Of a stretch of 41,595 nt of DNA, positions 16,894 to 25,607 are shown in pieces (the first letter of the stretch is position 1; each line of letters starts with the position of its first letter). A model generated the notes under the pieces. The model was not told the DNA's origin. It made no database searches and saw nothing but the letters and a program-made list of their open reading frames with translations. Source of the DNA: Lachnospiraceae bacterium. Its GTDB lineage: Bacteria; Bacillota; Clostridia; Lachnospirales; Lachnospiraceae. The stretch is from positions 1 through 41,595 of the forward strand of contig VSNE01000460.1 in assembly GCA_009774155.1 (NCBI GenBank), read 5' to 3'. The translations under genes were made by a program, and so were the position numbers.

Positions 16894-17406
16894 TTAGAAT
16901 TTTTCCTTGAGCCGCTTCAGTAGCTGATTTCTTTTATACACGAAGGTGTTCCGGGGCATCTGCAGCCGCTCTGCGCCGGCGCGTTCGGAAAGCCCGTCCG
17001 CAATCGCGATGAGGATCTCGTAGCTTTCCGGGTCAGATGCCTGAAGCTCTGAGAGCAGACCGTTCAGGATCAGGGAGTCGATATCGATCTCCGTGGTCAG
17101 CCTGTTATCCGCAAGAAAGCTGGTGCGGGAGACACCGTTTTCGCAGGCGTTCTCCATCTCCGTGTCGATGGAGAGATGCTGGGGAGCGTCCTTCGGGATA
17201 CAGCGGAACTTGCAGGTATCGCAAAGGCCATCACATTTGTAGCTCTTTTTGTACGGGATGCAGCAGGCTCCGGCTCTCTGCTTTGCCTTGCGGGTAGCAC
17301 CCACGAACCGCTCCCAGTCGCGCTTCTGTTCCGGGGTGACCTCGATCCACCGCTTGAGTGGGCGGTAGTAGATGGTTGATGTGGTCTGATTTACTTTTTT
17401 TGACAT
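16894..17406 (-). CDS. Sigma-70 region 4-type regulator with a Cys-rich segment (first gene of the lytic arm)
   Basis: CC...CDGLCDTC, with C-terminal HTH DGLSERAGAERLQMPRNTFVYKRNQLLKRL. GGAGG RBS. Confidence 0.75.
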   Translation of the reverse strand: MSKKVNQTTSTIYYRPLKRWIEVTPEQKRDWERFVGATRKAKQRAGACCIPYKKSYKCDGLCDTCKFRCIPKDAPQHLSIDTEMENACENGVSRTSFLADNRLTTEIDIDSLILNGLLSELQASDPESYEILIAIADGLSERAGAERLQMPRNTFVYKRNQLLKRLKEKF

Positions 17407-17410
17407 TTTC

Positions 17411-17482
17411 TTTTCCTCCAATGGTTTTCAGATTCATGGAAACCACCGAAGGAAAAAGGCCTTGTGGGGTTTCCACAAGACC
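17411..17482 (-). promoter_or_regulatory. Structured leader: terminator-like hairpin plus SD-sequestering hairpin
   Basis: GGTCTTGTGG-AAACC-CCACAAGGCC-TTTTT. TTTTCCTTCGGTGGTTT pairs with AAACCATTGGAGGAAAA, covering the GGAGG. Confidence 0.55.
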
Positions 17483-17495
17483 ATCCAATCGTTTG

Positions 17496-17536
17496 TAAGG
17501 TCAGCTGCCATAGTTGATAAGGTTAATAAGGTCAGC
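17496..17536. repeat. Operator-like direct repeats TAAGGT(C/T)A in the divergent control region
   Basis: TAAGGTCAGC at 17496 and 17527, TAAGGTTAA at 17518. Confidence 0.55.
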
Positions 17537-17585
17537 GACCGAAAAAGTTTTTATAAACCGGCTATAGCGAGTTCATCGCTGGGGA

Positions 17586-17614
17586 TTGTATTTTCGGATT
17601 TTTTGTGATATACT
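17586..17614 (+). promoter_or_regulatory. SigA-type promoter of the defence arm
   Basis: TTGTAT-17 bp-TATACT with extended -10 TG. Confidence 0.7.
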
Positions 17615-17702
17615 ATGTTTTAATGTGGTTTGTTGGGAGTTGAAAACTCGAAAGACTACCACTTTTCGGTATGTAAATGACTGTCAATCGGAGGGACAAC
17701 CT

Positions 17703-18566
17703 GTGACAATAAACGAATATCCTCGCCTTTGCGGAGGCACCTTCTTCACGTTGGTGTTACAAGCCCTCCAGCAACGAATGAATGCGAGAGAACACTACGA
17801 CGGCGACAGCGACGGCTTGTCTGACCCGGAAGTTCTGGTGGGACTCATCAAGGTCATCAATCCCGCCTATACTGATCCCGGTAAGGAAAAACTCAAGACT
17901 ATAGTGAACAACTACAAAAGATGCGAAACATCGACCAGCATCTATTTCCCGTTTGGTGATGATCAGGTCATTAGCGCATTCGATGAGACTGTAAGGAAAA
18001 ACTATAAAACGGCATTGAACGGGATGATCGGTTTTGTGAATGCCTTCCTTGACGTGAGTGAGACAGTTCATAAGGATGTCAATCTTGTACGAGCACTCGT
18101 CGATCTGGTTCAACAGGATCAAACCATCCAGGTTGGGGACGAGTTCTTTATCGGGCCAAATGGAGAGAAAAAGAAAAAGGCCGCACTTGGCGACCTTAAA
18201 GAAGTATGCCTCCCGTCGTTCCTACTTGGCGTTTGGCATTATGTTGTTGTAAACCGAAAGGACAACGGCATCGGCAAGAAGACTTATGATGTATGGTGTC
18301 CATCTACAGGTGGTGGTCAAAGAAAATATACCGCTCACATGGGTGAAGGAATTCTTGATGGTCTGGCAACCTATTTGGTGGATGCTGTAGATAAGTCAAC
18401 GATGGACGGTGAGCCGGTCGAGACCGTCATCATTGAGGATGCACAAGAACAGCCAGTTCAACAGACCGTAAACAATCCCTTCGTATTTCATTTCAACCAG
18501 TATGGAAACAACGGTACACAGATAGGCCATGTTGAGAATTACTATGGCGGTAAAAAGGAGGATTGA
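17703..18566 (+). CDS. Hypothetical protein (287 aa) with C-terminal NQYGNNGTQIGHVENY motif
   Basis: GTG at 17703 after GGAGGG. Globular-looking region, acidic linker, N/Q-rich tail. Confidence 0.85.
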   Translation: MTINEYPRLCGGTFFTLVLQALQQRMNAREHYDGDSDGLSDPEVLVGLIKVINPAYTDPGKEKLKTIVNNYKRCETSTSIYFPFGDDQVISAFDETVRKNYKTALNGMIGFVNAFLDVSETVHKDVNLVRALVDLVQQDQTIQVGDEFFIGPNGEKKKKAALGDLKEVCLPSFLLGVWHYVVVNRKDNGIGKKTYDVWCPSTGGGQRKYTAHMGEGILDGLATYLVDAVDKSTMDGEPVETVIIEDAQEQPVQQTVNNPFVFHFNQYGNNGTQIGHVENYYGGKKED

Positions 18567-18570
18567 GCTT

Positions 18571-19233
18571 ATGAGCGATGATACACAGATTGCGAAGACG
18601 GGCAACAATCTTCCTCAACCGGGACAAACGCAGCAGCCGATTCAGACAAACCTGAATCAATACGGAAACGACAGCACGCAGATTGCGTATGTTCAACACT
18701 ATGACGCCACTACAAATCAGACGGTGCTTATTATGCAAGGAGCACAGCCAGCCGGTGGAACTGTCGTTGGACAAGGTGTCACATTCAACTATGACTGTTT
18801 CAATTTTTTTGTCCTTGGAACCGAGCAATATGACGGTCCAACGTTCATGGTTCCAAAGAATCGAGCTTTAACAGAAAGTACATCGGACGAGATGAAAGCA
18901 CAGTGTGCCGCACTCACTCCAGAGGCGATTGAGATCATTAAGACTTTTCCAGCGCTGTTTTGTAGTGAGAATCATAATTTCACAAAAACCGATCCCGACC
19001 ACATGGCCTATTACGGTTATGTGACAGATATAAAAGTACAGGACAATGGAATCAAAATATATTTCACTAAGCTGAATGCACTGCCTCAGCAGGTCTTGAT
19101 AGACCTTGCTGCAGATCTATGCATTGGCGGTGCAAAGGCTTATAACGAACTCAGTCGGACGCATTGGGCAATCAAGCGAATTAATCTGGTGGAGATCCTT
19201 GAAAAAGCAGGATACAGAGTATTCAAACTTTAA
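18571..19233 (+). CDS. Hypothetical protein (220 aa) with N-terminal NQYGNDSTQIAYVQHY motif and a C-terminal ELSRTHWAIK domain
   Basis: AGGAGG RBS inside the end of the upstream gene; 4-bp gap. Confidence 0.85.
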   Translation: MSDDTQIAKTGNNLPQPGQTQQPIQTNLNQYGNDSTQIAYVQHYDATTNQTVLIMQGAQPAGGTVVGQGVTFNYDCFNFFVLGTEQYDGPTFMVPKNRALTESTSDEMKAQCAALTPEAIEIIKTFPALFCSENHNFTKTDPDHMAYYGYVTDIKVQDNGIKIYFTKLNALPQQVLIDLAADLCIGGAKAYNELSRTHWAIKRINLVEILEKAGYRVFKL

Positions 19234-19266
19234 TCTTCATGGTTATGCAAAAATGGAGGTAATACG

Positions 19267-19467
19267 ATGAGCCGCGAATATGAAGAAATGCAAGTTGAAA
19301 AGTGGGTTAATCTGGAAGATGTGGCTGAACATCTAAGCATTAGTCAAGATACAGTTCGCACATGGATAAAGGAAGGAAAGCTGCCCGTGTACAGGGCCGG
19401 TAAAAGATATAAATTTAAAATTTCCGAAGTGGATGAATGGGTTCGCAAAGGAAGAATTCAGGAGTGA
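19267..19467 (+). CDS. Excisionase-type helix-turn-helix protein
   Basis: WVNLEDVAEHLSISQDTVRTWIKEGKLPVYRAGKRYKFKISEVDEW. GGAGGT RBS. Confidence 0.9.
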   Translation: MSREYEEMQVEKWVNLEDVAEHLSISQDTVRTWIKEGKLPVYRAGKRYKFKISEVDEWVRKGRIQE

Positions 19468-19499
19468 GATTAAATACTGGAATAGGATGGTGAAACCGA

Positions 19500-21788
19500 A
19501 TGCAACGTAAGGTTCCTTCAGCAATTACGAATATTACGCTCAATAGAGCAACATTTACAGACGTCTCGATTGACGAACTCACATTCGTCAACTTTTTCTA
19601 TGGTAATAACGGTGCTGGGAAATCTTCTATCGCCCATGCTATAGCTGCTGATGATGGTGTTGTCTGGACCGATGGCAAGACCGCTGCGGATTTTGACGTA
19701 CTTGTCTATAATCAGGATTTCATCAATGATAATTTTGTAAATTACGGTGATCTCAAAGGCGTCTTTATCTTCGGTGAAGAGGACATAGAGGCTAAGAAAA
19801 AGATTGCTGATCTTACTGAACAGAAAAAACAGAAATCGGAAGCTCGTCAGGTTGCACTTGATGAATACAAAAAGAAAACAGACGGTCTTACATCTGCACT
19901 GACGCAGTTTCAGGATACCTGTTTTACAAAGACGGCGGAAATCCGCAGACGCTTTGAAAAGTGCATGGACGGTAAGAAGCAGAAAAAGAACTTTGCGGAA
20001 GCTGTTCTCGGCGAAGTAAAACCGACTGACTGCGATCTGGCAGAGTTGGAGCGCCTTTATGACGTTGCCTTCGATGATTCAGCCAGAGCGTATCCAGAGT
20101 TCAAAAAAGCAGCTGCGACCACCTACGGCAGCCTTCCCGGAAAGGATCTGCTCGACAGGATGATTGTCAGTAGCAGCGATACGCCTTTCGCCAAATTCAT
20201 GAAGGCCCTCGGTGACACAGCTTCCGACTGGGTTCGTGATGGACATACCCATTATGCTGGTGCAGCCGGTGGGAAATGCCCGTATTGCCAGCAAAAGCTC
20301 CCCGCAAACTTCGAGGCAGATATAGCTGCTACATTTGATGCTCAGTACCAGCAGGACATTCGTGATCTTGGTCAGTTCCAGACTGTATATGAAAGAGAGA
20401 CCAGAGAGATTGTCCGGGTGATTCAGGCAAATGCCCGCGACGTTATGCCGACGATTGATCTGATGGCTTATCAGGAAAAACTCGCCTTGCTGGAGAGCAA
20501 CTTTGAAATCAATCGCCAGCGTATAGCTGAAAAGGTCAAAGAGCCTTCGAAGACTATCTCACTTGAGGACACTGACACGCTCCTGCTTGCGATCGGTGCC
20601 ATGATCGATGAGATCAATAAGCAGATCAAGGCAAACAACGATGTTGTTTCTGCTAAGCGGTCCAGTAAGACGAAGTGCAAAACGGAAATTATGCAGTTTC
20701 TTGCGTTCATGCTTGCCGCTGATGTGAAAAGTTACCAGGACGAAGTGGCTCGTCTCCAGAAGGAAATCGAGGACGTCACAGAGCGTGGAAAGAAGCTTAA
20801 AAAGGAAATTGGAGATCTCACCACAGAGATTTCTGCCTTGAATAAGCATAATGCAAACACTGAAGCGGCCATTGATAGTATCAATAAAATCCTGCGGGAC
20901 TCCGGTTTCCAAGGCTTCGGCATTCGTGCCAAGGCCGGTGTAGAAAATGTATATGAGGTTATCCGCGAGGATGGCTCCGTGGCCGAAAACCTCAGTGAAG
21001 GCGAGCGTAACTTCATCGCATTCCTGTATTTCTACCATCAGGTTCGTGGCAGCATGAGCAGCGAAGAACTCAAAGAGAAGATCGTCGTTATCGATGACCC
21101 GGTATCCAGCATGGATAGCACAGCCTTGTTCCTCGTCAGTGCAATCGTCCGTGAGATGGTCAATGTCTGCCGGAACAATACCGAGTACCTGAATCCGAAA
21201 GTTCCAGGCGACTACATCAAGCAGCTGTTCGTGCTGACGCATAACGTGTACTTCCATCGTGAAGTCACTTACCAGCAGGTTGGATATTATAACTGTACGT
21301 CTTTTTACATGATCCGGAAAAACGACAACATTTCCACCATCAAACTCTGTAAGCGGCAGAGCAAGGAGATTCCGTCTGAAGAGGAGAATTATAATCCGGT
21401 CCAGAACTCCTACGCTGCGCTGTGGGATGAGCTTCGTGACCTCCAGTCTACAATTCCGGCACTAAATGTGATGCGACGTATTCTGGAATATTACTTCCTG
21501 CAGCTTTGCGGGTATGAAGGAAGCGATCTTCGCGAGATCGTGCTGGATGAACATCGGAATAAGTTCATTAAACAGGTCGAGGGTGAGAAGCCGGATATGA
21601 CCGACTACCAGCTGGCGTCTTCTTTGCTGTCCTATATCAACAATCCCAACGGCATCAGTGACGGGCTGAACTATGTGGAGGATTGCGAGGATGTTGAGGC
21701 TTATAAGAGGGTCTTCGAGATGATCTTCGATGCCCTCGGTCAAAGCCAGCACTACAAAATGATGACTGGCAAACGGATCGAGTCCTGA
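19500..21788 (+). CDS. RloC-like (AAA_13) ABC ATPase with coiled coil and zinc hook
   Basis: Walker A GNNGAGKS, CPYC hook, LSEGE signature, IDDPVSSMD Walker B, LTHN, and C-terminal NVMRRILEYYF. Confidence 0.85.
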   Translation: MQRKVPSAITNITLNRATFTDVSIDELTFVNFFYGNNGAGKSSIAHAIAADDGVVWTDGKTAADFDVLVYNQDFINDNFVNYGDLKGVFIFGEEDIEAKKKIADLTEQKKQKSEARQVALDEYKKKTDGLTSALTQFQDTCFTKTAEIRRRFEKCMDGKKQKKNFAEAVLGEVKPTDCDLAELERLYDVAFDDSARAYPEFKKAAATTYGSLPGKDLLDRMIVSSSDTPFAKFMKALGDTASDWVRDGHTHYAGAAGGKCPYCQQKLPANFEADIAATFDAQYQQDIRDLGQFQTVYERETREIVRVIQANARDVMPTIDLMAYQEKLALLESNFEINRQRIAEKVKEPSKTISLEDTDTLLLAIGAMIDEINKQIKANNDVVSAKRSSKTKCKTEIMQFLAFMLAADVKSYQDEVARLQKEIEDVTERGKKLKKEIGDLTTEISALNKHNANTEAAIDSINKILRDSGFQGFGIRAKAGVENVYEVIREDGSVAENLSEGERNFIAFLYFYHQVRGSMSSEELKEKIVVIDDPVSSMDSTALFLVSAIVREMVNVCRNNTEYLNPKVPGDYIKQLFVLTHNVYFHREVTYQQVGYYNCTSFYMIRKNDNISTIKLCKRQSKEIPSEEENYNPVQNSYAALWDELRDLQSTIPALNVMRRILEYYFLQLCGYEGSDLREIVLDEHRNKFIKQVEGEKPDMTDYQLASSLLSYINNPNGISDGLNYVEDCEDVEAYKRVFEMIFDALGQSQHYKMMTGKRIES

Positions 21789-21857
21789 TCATTAGACGGA
21801 TGAGTATGTATAATAAAGGCAGCAAAACTCTGCCGAATGAAAAGCGAGGTAACCAGC

Positions 21858-23948
21858 ATGGCTGATAAAAAGATAATCGATGCAATGTGGGACGATTCTC
21901 CGGTAGATGTTTCCACAGAGGTGAATTTTATATGGTCCATCGCCAATAAGCTGCGTGGTACATATCAGAGCGATAAATACAAGGATGTCATCATTCCGAT
22001 GGTCATCATCCGCCGCTTTGAGTGCGCCCTGGCTCCCACGAAGGCCAAGGTCGTGGAAACCTATAAGGCGAATCCAAATTATCCGGCGAAAGCGATGTAC
22101 CGTCTGTCCGGCTTCCAGTTCTACAACACCAGTGAGTTTGATCTTGCAGAGCTGGTCAACGACTCCGACCACCTGGCGGCAAACTTTAAGGCATACATCC
22201 AGGGCTTCTCTGCCAATATTCAGGACATCATTCGCAGCCTGGATTTTGACAAACAGATCGACAAGATGGACAAGAATAACCGGTTGCTCTCTGTAGTAAA
22301 GGCGTTCTCTGAGCTGGATCTCGATCCGCACACCATCGACAACGTAAAGATGGGCTACATATTTGAAGACCTGATCCGCAGATTTTCTGAAAATGCGGAA
22401 GCTGGCGACCACTACACCGGCAGAGATATTATCAAGCTGATGGTCAACATCCTGTTGGCGGAAGGTTGTGATGATATTTTCGATGACGGAAAGGTCATTA
22501 CCGTATTGGATCAGGCCTGCGGAACGGGTGGTATGCTCTCCACCAGCTATAATTTCATTAAGCGTTACAACCCCTCTGCCGATGTGCGCCTGTTTGGTCA
22601 GGAGATCAACCCGGAGTCCTATGCCATCTGCCTGGCCGAGATGATGATCAAGGGGCAGAATGCGGAGAACATCTGTTACCAGGACACCATGAAGGCCGAC
22701 CGTTTTAAGGGCACGAAAATGCGCTTTGTTATCGAAAATCCGCCGTTTGGAACCCCGTGGGGCGGAAAGGACGCTGCTGAGGGTGTGGAGCAGGCGGTTC
22801 AGGACGAGTACAAGAAAGGCTTTGATGGACGCTGGGGCGCAGGTCTGCCGGGCTCCGGCGATATGCAGATGCTGTTTTTGCAGTCTGCCATCGACAAAAT
22901 GGATGACCATTTGGGTCGTGCCGCCATCATTGAGAACGGCAGTCCGCTGTTTTCCGGCGGCACATCTTCCGGCGAGAGCCAGATCCGCCGCTGGATGCTG
23001 GAAAATGATTTGATCGAGGCAATCATTGCCCTGCCTGTGGACCTGTTTTACAACACGGGCATCGCCACCTATATCTGGGTGCTTTCCAAGAACAAGCGCC
23101 CCGAACGCAAAGGAAAGATCCAGCTCATCGATGCCTCCAGTTTTTTCAAGAAACTGCGCAAGGCCCTGGGTGATAAGAAAAACGAAATCTCTCCTGAAGA
23201 CCGTACCGCTATTACCAAGCTGTATGCGGACTTCACTGAGAACGAATATTGCAAGATCTACCCCAATGAGGAGTTCATCTACCGGGAATATGCGGTGATG
23301 CAGCCCCTCCAGCGCAGCTATGCCATTACACCGGAGCGCATTGAAGCGATGCTCTCCAAGGGATCGCTGTCCTCCCTGTATGACCAGGCGAAAGTCGATG
23401 AAATTGAGAACATGGAGGAACCCACCGGCAAGGATTTGAAGAAGCTGGAAAACTACCAGAATAATCAGCCGGTCTATGAAGCCATTCTCGCCGCATTGAA
23501 AGAAGCCATATCGGATGAAGTCTACCTCTCCCCGGCGGCGTTTATGCCGGTACTCACCAAGGTGCTGGCGAATGTGACCACCGACAAAAAGCTGCTGGAT
23601 AAGATCGCCGATGGTTTCTCTGTCATGGACAAGTCTGCCGAAATTCAGCGCGACCGCAAGGGTAATGTACTTTATGACAAGGAGACCAAGGACACCGAGA
23701 TCGTGAAGTGGGGCGAGAGCATCGAGGACTATATGGCCCGCGAAGTGCTGCCTCATATCCCGGATGCGGTGGCGTTCTTTGAGGAAAACTTGGGTGCCAA
23801 GAAGCCGGTTATCAAAACCGGAGCGGAGATCCCCTTCACCCGCTACTTCTATAAATACCAGCAGCCGGTACCCAGCGAGGAGCTGGAGGCAAAGTTTATG
23901 GAACTGGAGCTTTCGGTCTCGGAGCGTGTAGCAAAGCTGTTTGAGTGA
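21858..23948 (+). CDS. hsdM: Type I RM methyltransferase subunit (element-borne)
   Basis: FIWSIANKLRG, GDHYTGR, DQACGTGGML, NPPF and LFYNTGIATYIW. Confidence 0.95.
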   Translation: MADKKIIDAMWDDSPVDVSTEVNFIWSIANKLRGTYQSDKYKDVIIPMVIIRRFECALAPTKAKVVETYKANPNYPAKAMYRLSGFQFYNTSEFDLAELVNDSDHLAANFKAYIQGFSANIQDIIRSLDFDKQIDKMDKNNRLLSVVKAFSELDLDPHTIDNVKMGYIFEDLIRRFSENAEAGDHYTGRDIIKLMVNILLAEGCDDIFDDGKVITVLDQACGTGGMLSTSYNFIKRYNPSADVRLFGQEINPESYAICLAEMMIKGQNAENICYQDTMKADRFKGTKMRFVIENPPFGTPWGGKDAAEGVEQAVQDEYKKGFDGRWGAGLPGSGDMQMLFLQSAIDKMDDHLGRAAIIENGSPLFSGGTSSGESQIRRWMLENDLIEAIIALPVDLFYNTGIATYIWVLSKNKRPERKGKIQLIDASSFFKKLRKALGDKKNEISPEDRTAITKLYADFTENEYCKIYPNEEFIYREYAVMQPLQRSYAITPERIEAMLSKGSLSSLYDQAKVDEIENMEEPTGKDLKKLENYQNNQPVYEAILAALKEAISDEVYLSPAAFMPVLTKVLANVTTDKKLLDKIADGFSVMDKSAEIQRDRKGNVLYDKETKDTEIVKWGESIEDYMAREVLPHIPDAVAFFEENLGAKKPVIKTGAEIPFTRYFYKYQQPVPSEELEAKFMELELSVSERVAKLFE

Positions 23949-23960
23949 GGTGGTGATAGT

Positions 23961-25217
23961 ATGAGAGAAATGAAGGATAGTGGGATTGAGTGGATTCACG
24001 ATATACCAGCCTCATGGGATGTGATGCCGAACAAGTATCTTATGCATAAAATAAAACGAATCCGCCCTGTTTATGGGGGAGAAGATATTCTGTCACTGAC
24101 TATGAAAGGCGTGATTGTTCGCGATTTGGATGCCGGCGGGAAAATGCCGACTTCCTTTGACGGTTATCAGGAACTCTATCCCGGCAATTTGTTAATGTGC
24201 CTATTTGATATTGACGTTACGCCAAGATGTATTGGACTAATAAAACAGTTTGGCCTATCAAGTCCTGCATATAGCCAGTTTGTCTTGAGTGACGGTGTAG
24301 ATGCTGCATATTATTGCTATTATTACACCATGCTTGACAATGACAAAACGCTGCTGCATCTTGCGAAAAATCTACGTCATTCTTTGACAGAAGAACAATT
24401 AGGTGCGGTGCCAATAATAGTTCCTCCAATTGAGGAGCAAAAAAGAATCGCCGATTACCTCGACTCTAAATGCGCCGAAATCGACGCCCTCACTACCGAC
24501 ATCCAGGCTCAGATTGACACCCTGGAGCAATATAAGCGTTCCATCATCACCGAGGTGGTTACCAAAGGACTAAACCCGGATGCGGAGATGAAGGATAGCG
24601 GGATTGAGTGGGTGGGGATGATACCGGCGCATTGGCCTGTGCATCCCGTGTATACCTACTTCGGCGAGAGAAAGAACAAGAACAGATTCGGCGTGGAAGA
24701 TAACTTGCTGTCTCTGAGTTATGGCAGAGTTATCCGCAAGGACATCAATACCAGTGACGGTTTGCTTCCTGAAAGCTTCAACACCTACAATATTGTTGAA
24801 GCCGGAGACATTATCATCCGCCCGACTGACTTGCAGAATGATAAGCGTAGCCTGCGTACCGGCCTGGTTAAGGAGCATGGTATTATTACATCGGCGTATA
24901 TTGACTTGTGTCCAATCAAGAAAGTAGATTCAAGATATTTCCACTTTCTGCTCCATGCCTATGATGTTATGAAGGTGTTTTACAACATGGGCAATGGTGT
25001 GCGACAGGGATTAAACTATTCTGAGTTTTCCCGATTGATGGTATTTGAGCCATCATATGACGAACAGGTGGCTATTGCAGACCACCTTGATGCGAAATGT
25101 GCTGAGATTGATGACACTATCGTCCAAAAACAAGAACAGCTCTCCACATTGGAGGCTTACAAGAAATCTCTCATTTATGAGTATGTGACCGGGAAAAAGG
25201 AGGTGCCCTTGTCATGA
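23961..25217 (+). CDS. hsdS: Type I RM specificity subunit (element-borne)
   Basis: Two halves each opening with EMKDSGIEW; PPIEEQKRIADYLD and PSYDEQVAIADHLD helices. Confidence 0.95.
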   Translation: MREMKDSGIEWIHDIPASWDVMPNKYLMHKIKRIRPVYGGEDILSLTMKGVIVRDLDAGGKMPTSFDGYQELYPGNLLMCLFDIDVTPRCIGLIKQFGLSSPAYSQFVLSDGVDAAYYCYYYTMLDNDKTLLHLAKNLRHSLTEEQLGAVPIIVPPIEEQKRIADYLDSKCAEIDALTTDIQAQIDTLEQYKRSIITEVVTKGLNPDAEMKDSGIEWVGMIPAHWPVHPVYTYFGERKNKNRFGVEDNLLSLSYGRVIRKDINTSDGLLPESFNTYNIVEAGDIIIRPTDLQNDKRSLRTGLVKEHGIITSAYIDLCPIKKVDSRYFHFLLHAYDVMKVFYNMGNGVRQGLNYSEFSRLMVFEPSYDEQVAIADHLDAKCAEIDDTIVQKQEQLSTLEAYKKSLIYEYVTGKKEVPLS

Positions 25218-25606
25218 AAGTTGAATACATTACATCTTCTCTTGGGACAGGCACTGAGCTCCACATTTCCTCTGACGAATACAAGCGAATTAGCAGCGAG
25301 AGCGGTTGGAATGAACACCCAAATCTGATGTTTGCCATACGTTCCTATGTCAGGGAAAACCAATGTACGAATAAAATCATAAGTAGGGACTTGGATGAAG
25401 CGTACCGGCATATTAAGAAGGTTGGCACCATTGCCCTTGTAACCCAAACAGATGGGGACGTCGCATGGTGTGAGGTATACGCGATTACAGAAGGTGAAAT
25501 CATTCCAGTAATAACAAGTAAAGATGGTCATGAGCTCAATATCAACTATTCGAGTAAGACCCTGCGACAGATGAAGCGAAGCCAGAAAGAAAGAGAGGCG
25601 AATTAA
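25214..25606 (+). CDS. Hypothetical protein embedded between hsdS and hsdR
   Basis: 130 aa. ATGA overlap with hsdS and 1-bp gap to hsdR. Confidence 0.75.
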   Translation: MKVEYITSSLGTGTELHISSDEYKRISSESGWNEHPNLMFAIRSYVRENQCTNKIISRDLDEAYRHIKKVGTIALVTQTDGDVAWCEVYAITEGEIIPVITSKDGHELNINYSSKTLRQMKRSQKEREAN

Positions 25607-25607
25607 A

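Noticed and set aside
21786..21814. Internal promoter for hsdM
   Set aside because: Perfect TATAAT at 21809 but no convincing -35 or TGn extension; insufficient support.
21792..23999. 735-aa minus-strand ORF
   Set aside because: Antisense shadow of hsdM; no motifs, explained by codon bias.
23967..24611. Direct repeat encoding EMKDSGIEW as a shufflon site
   Set aside because: Normal internal duplication of HsdS; no invertase, inverted repeats or silent hsdS copies in the window.
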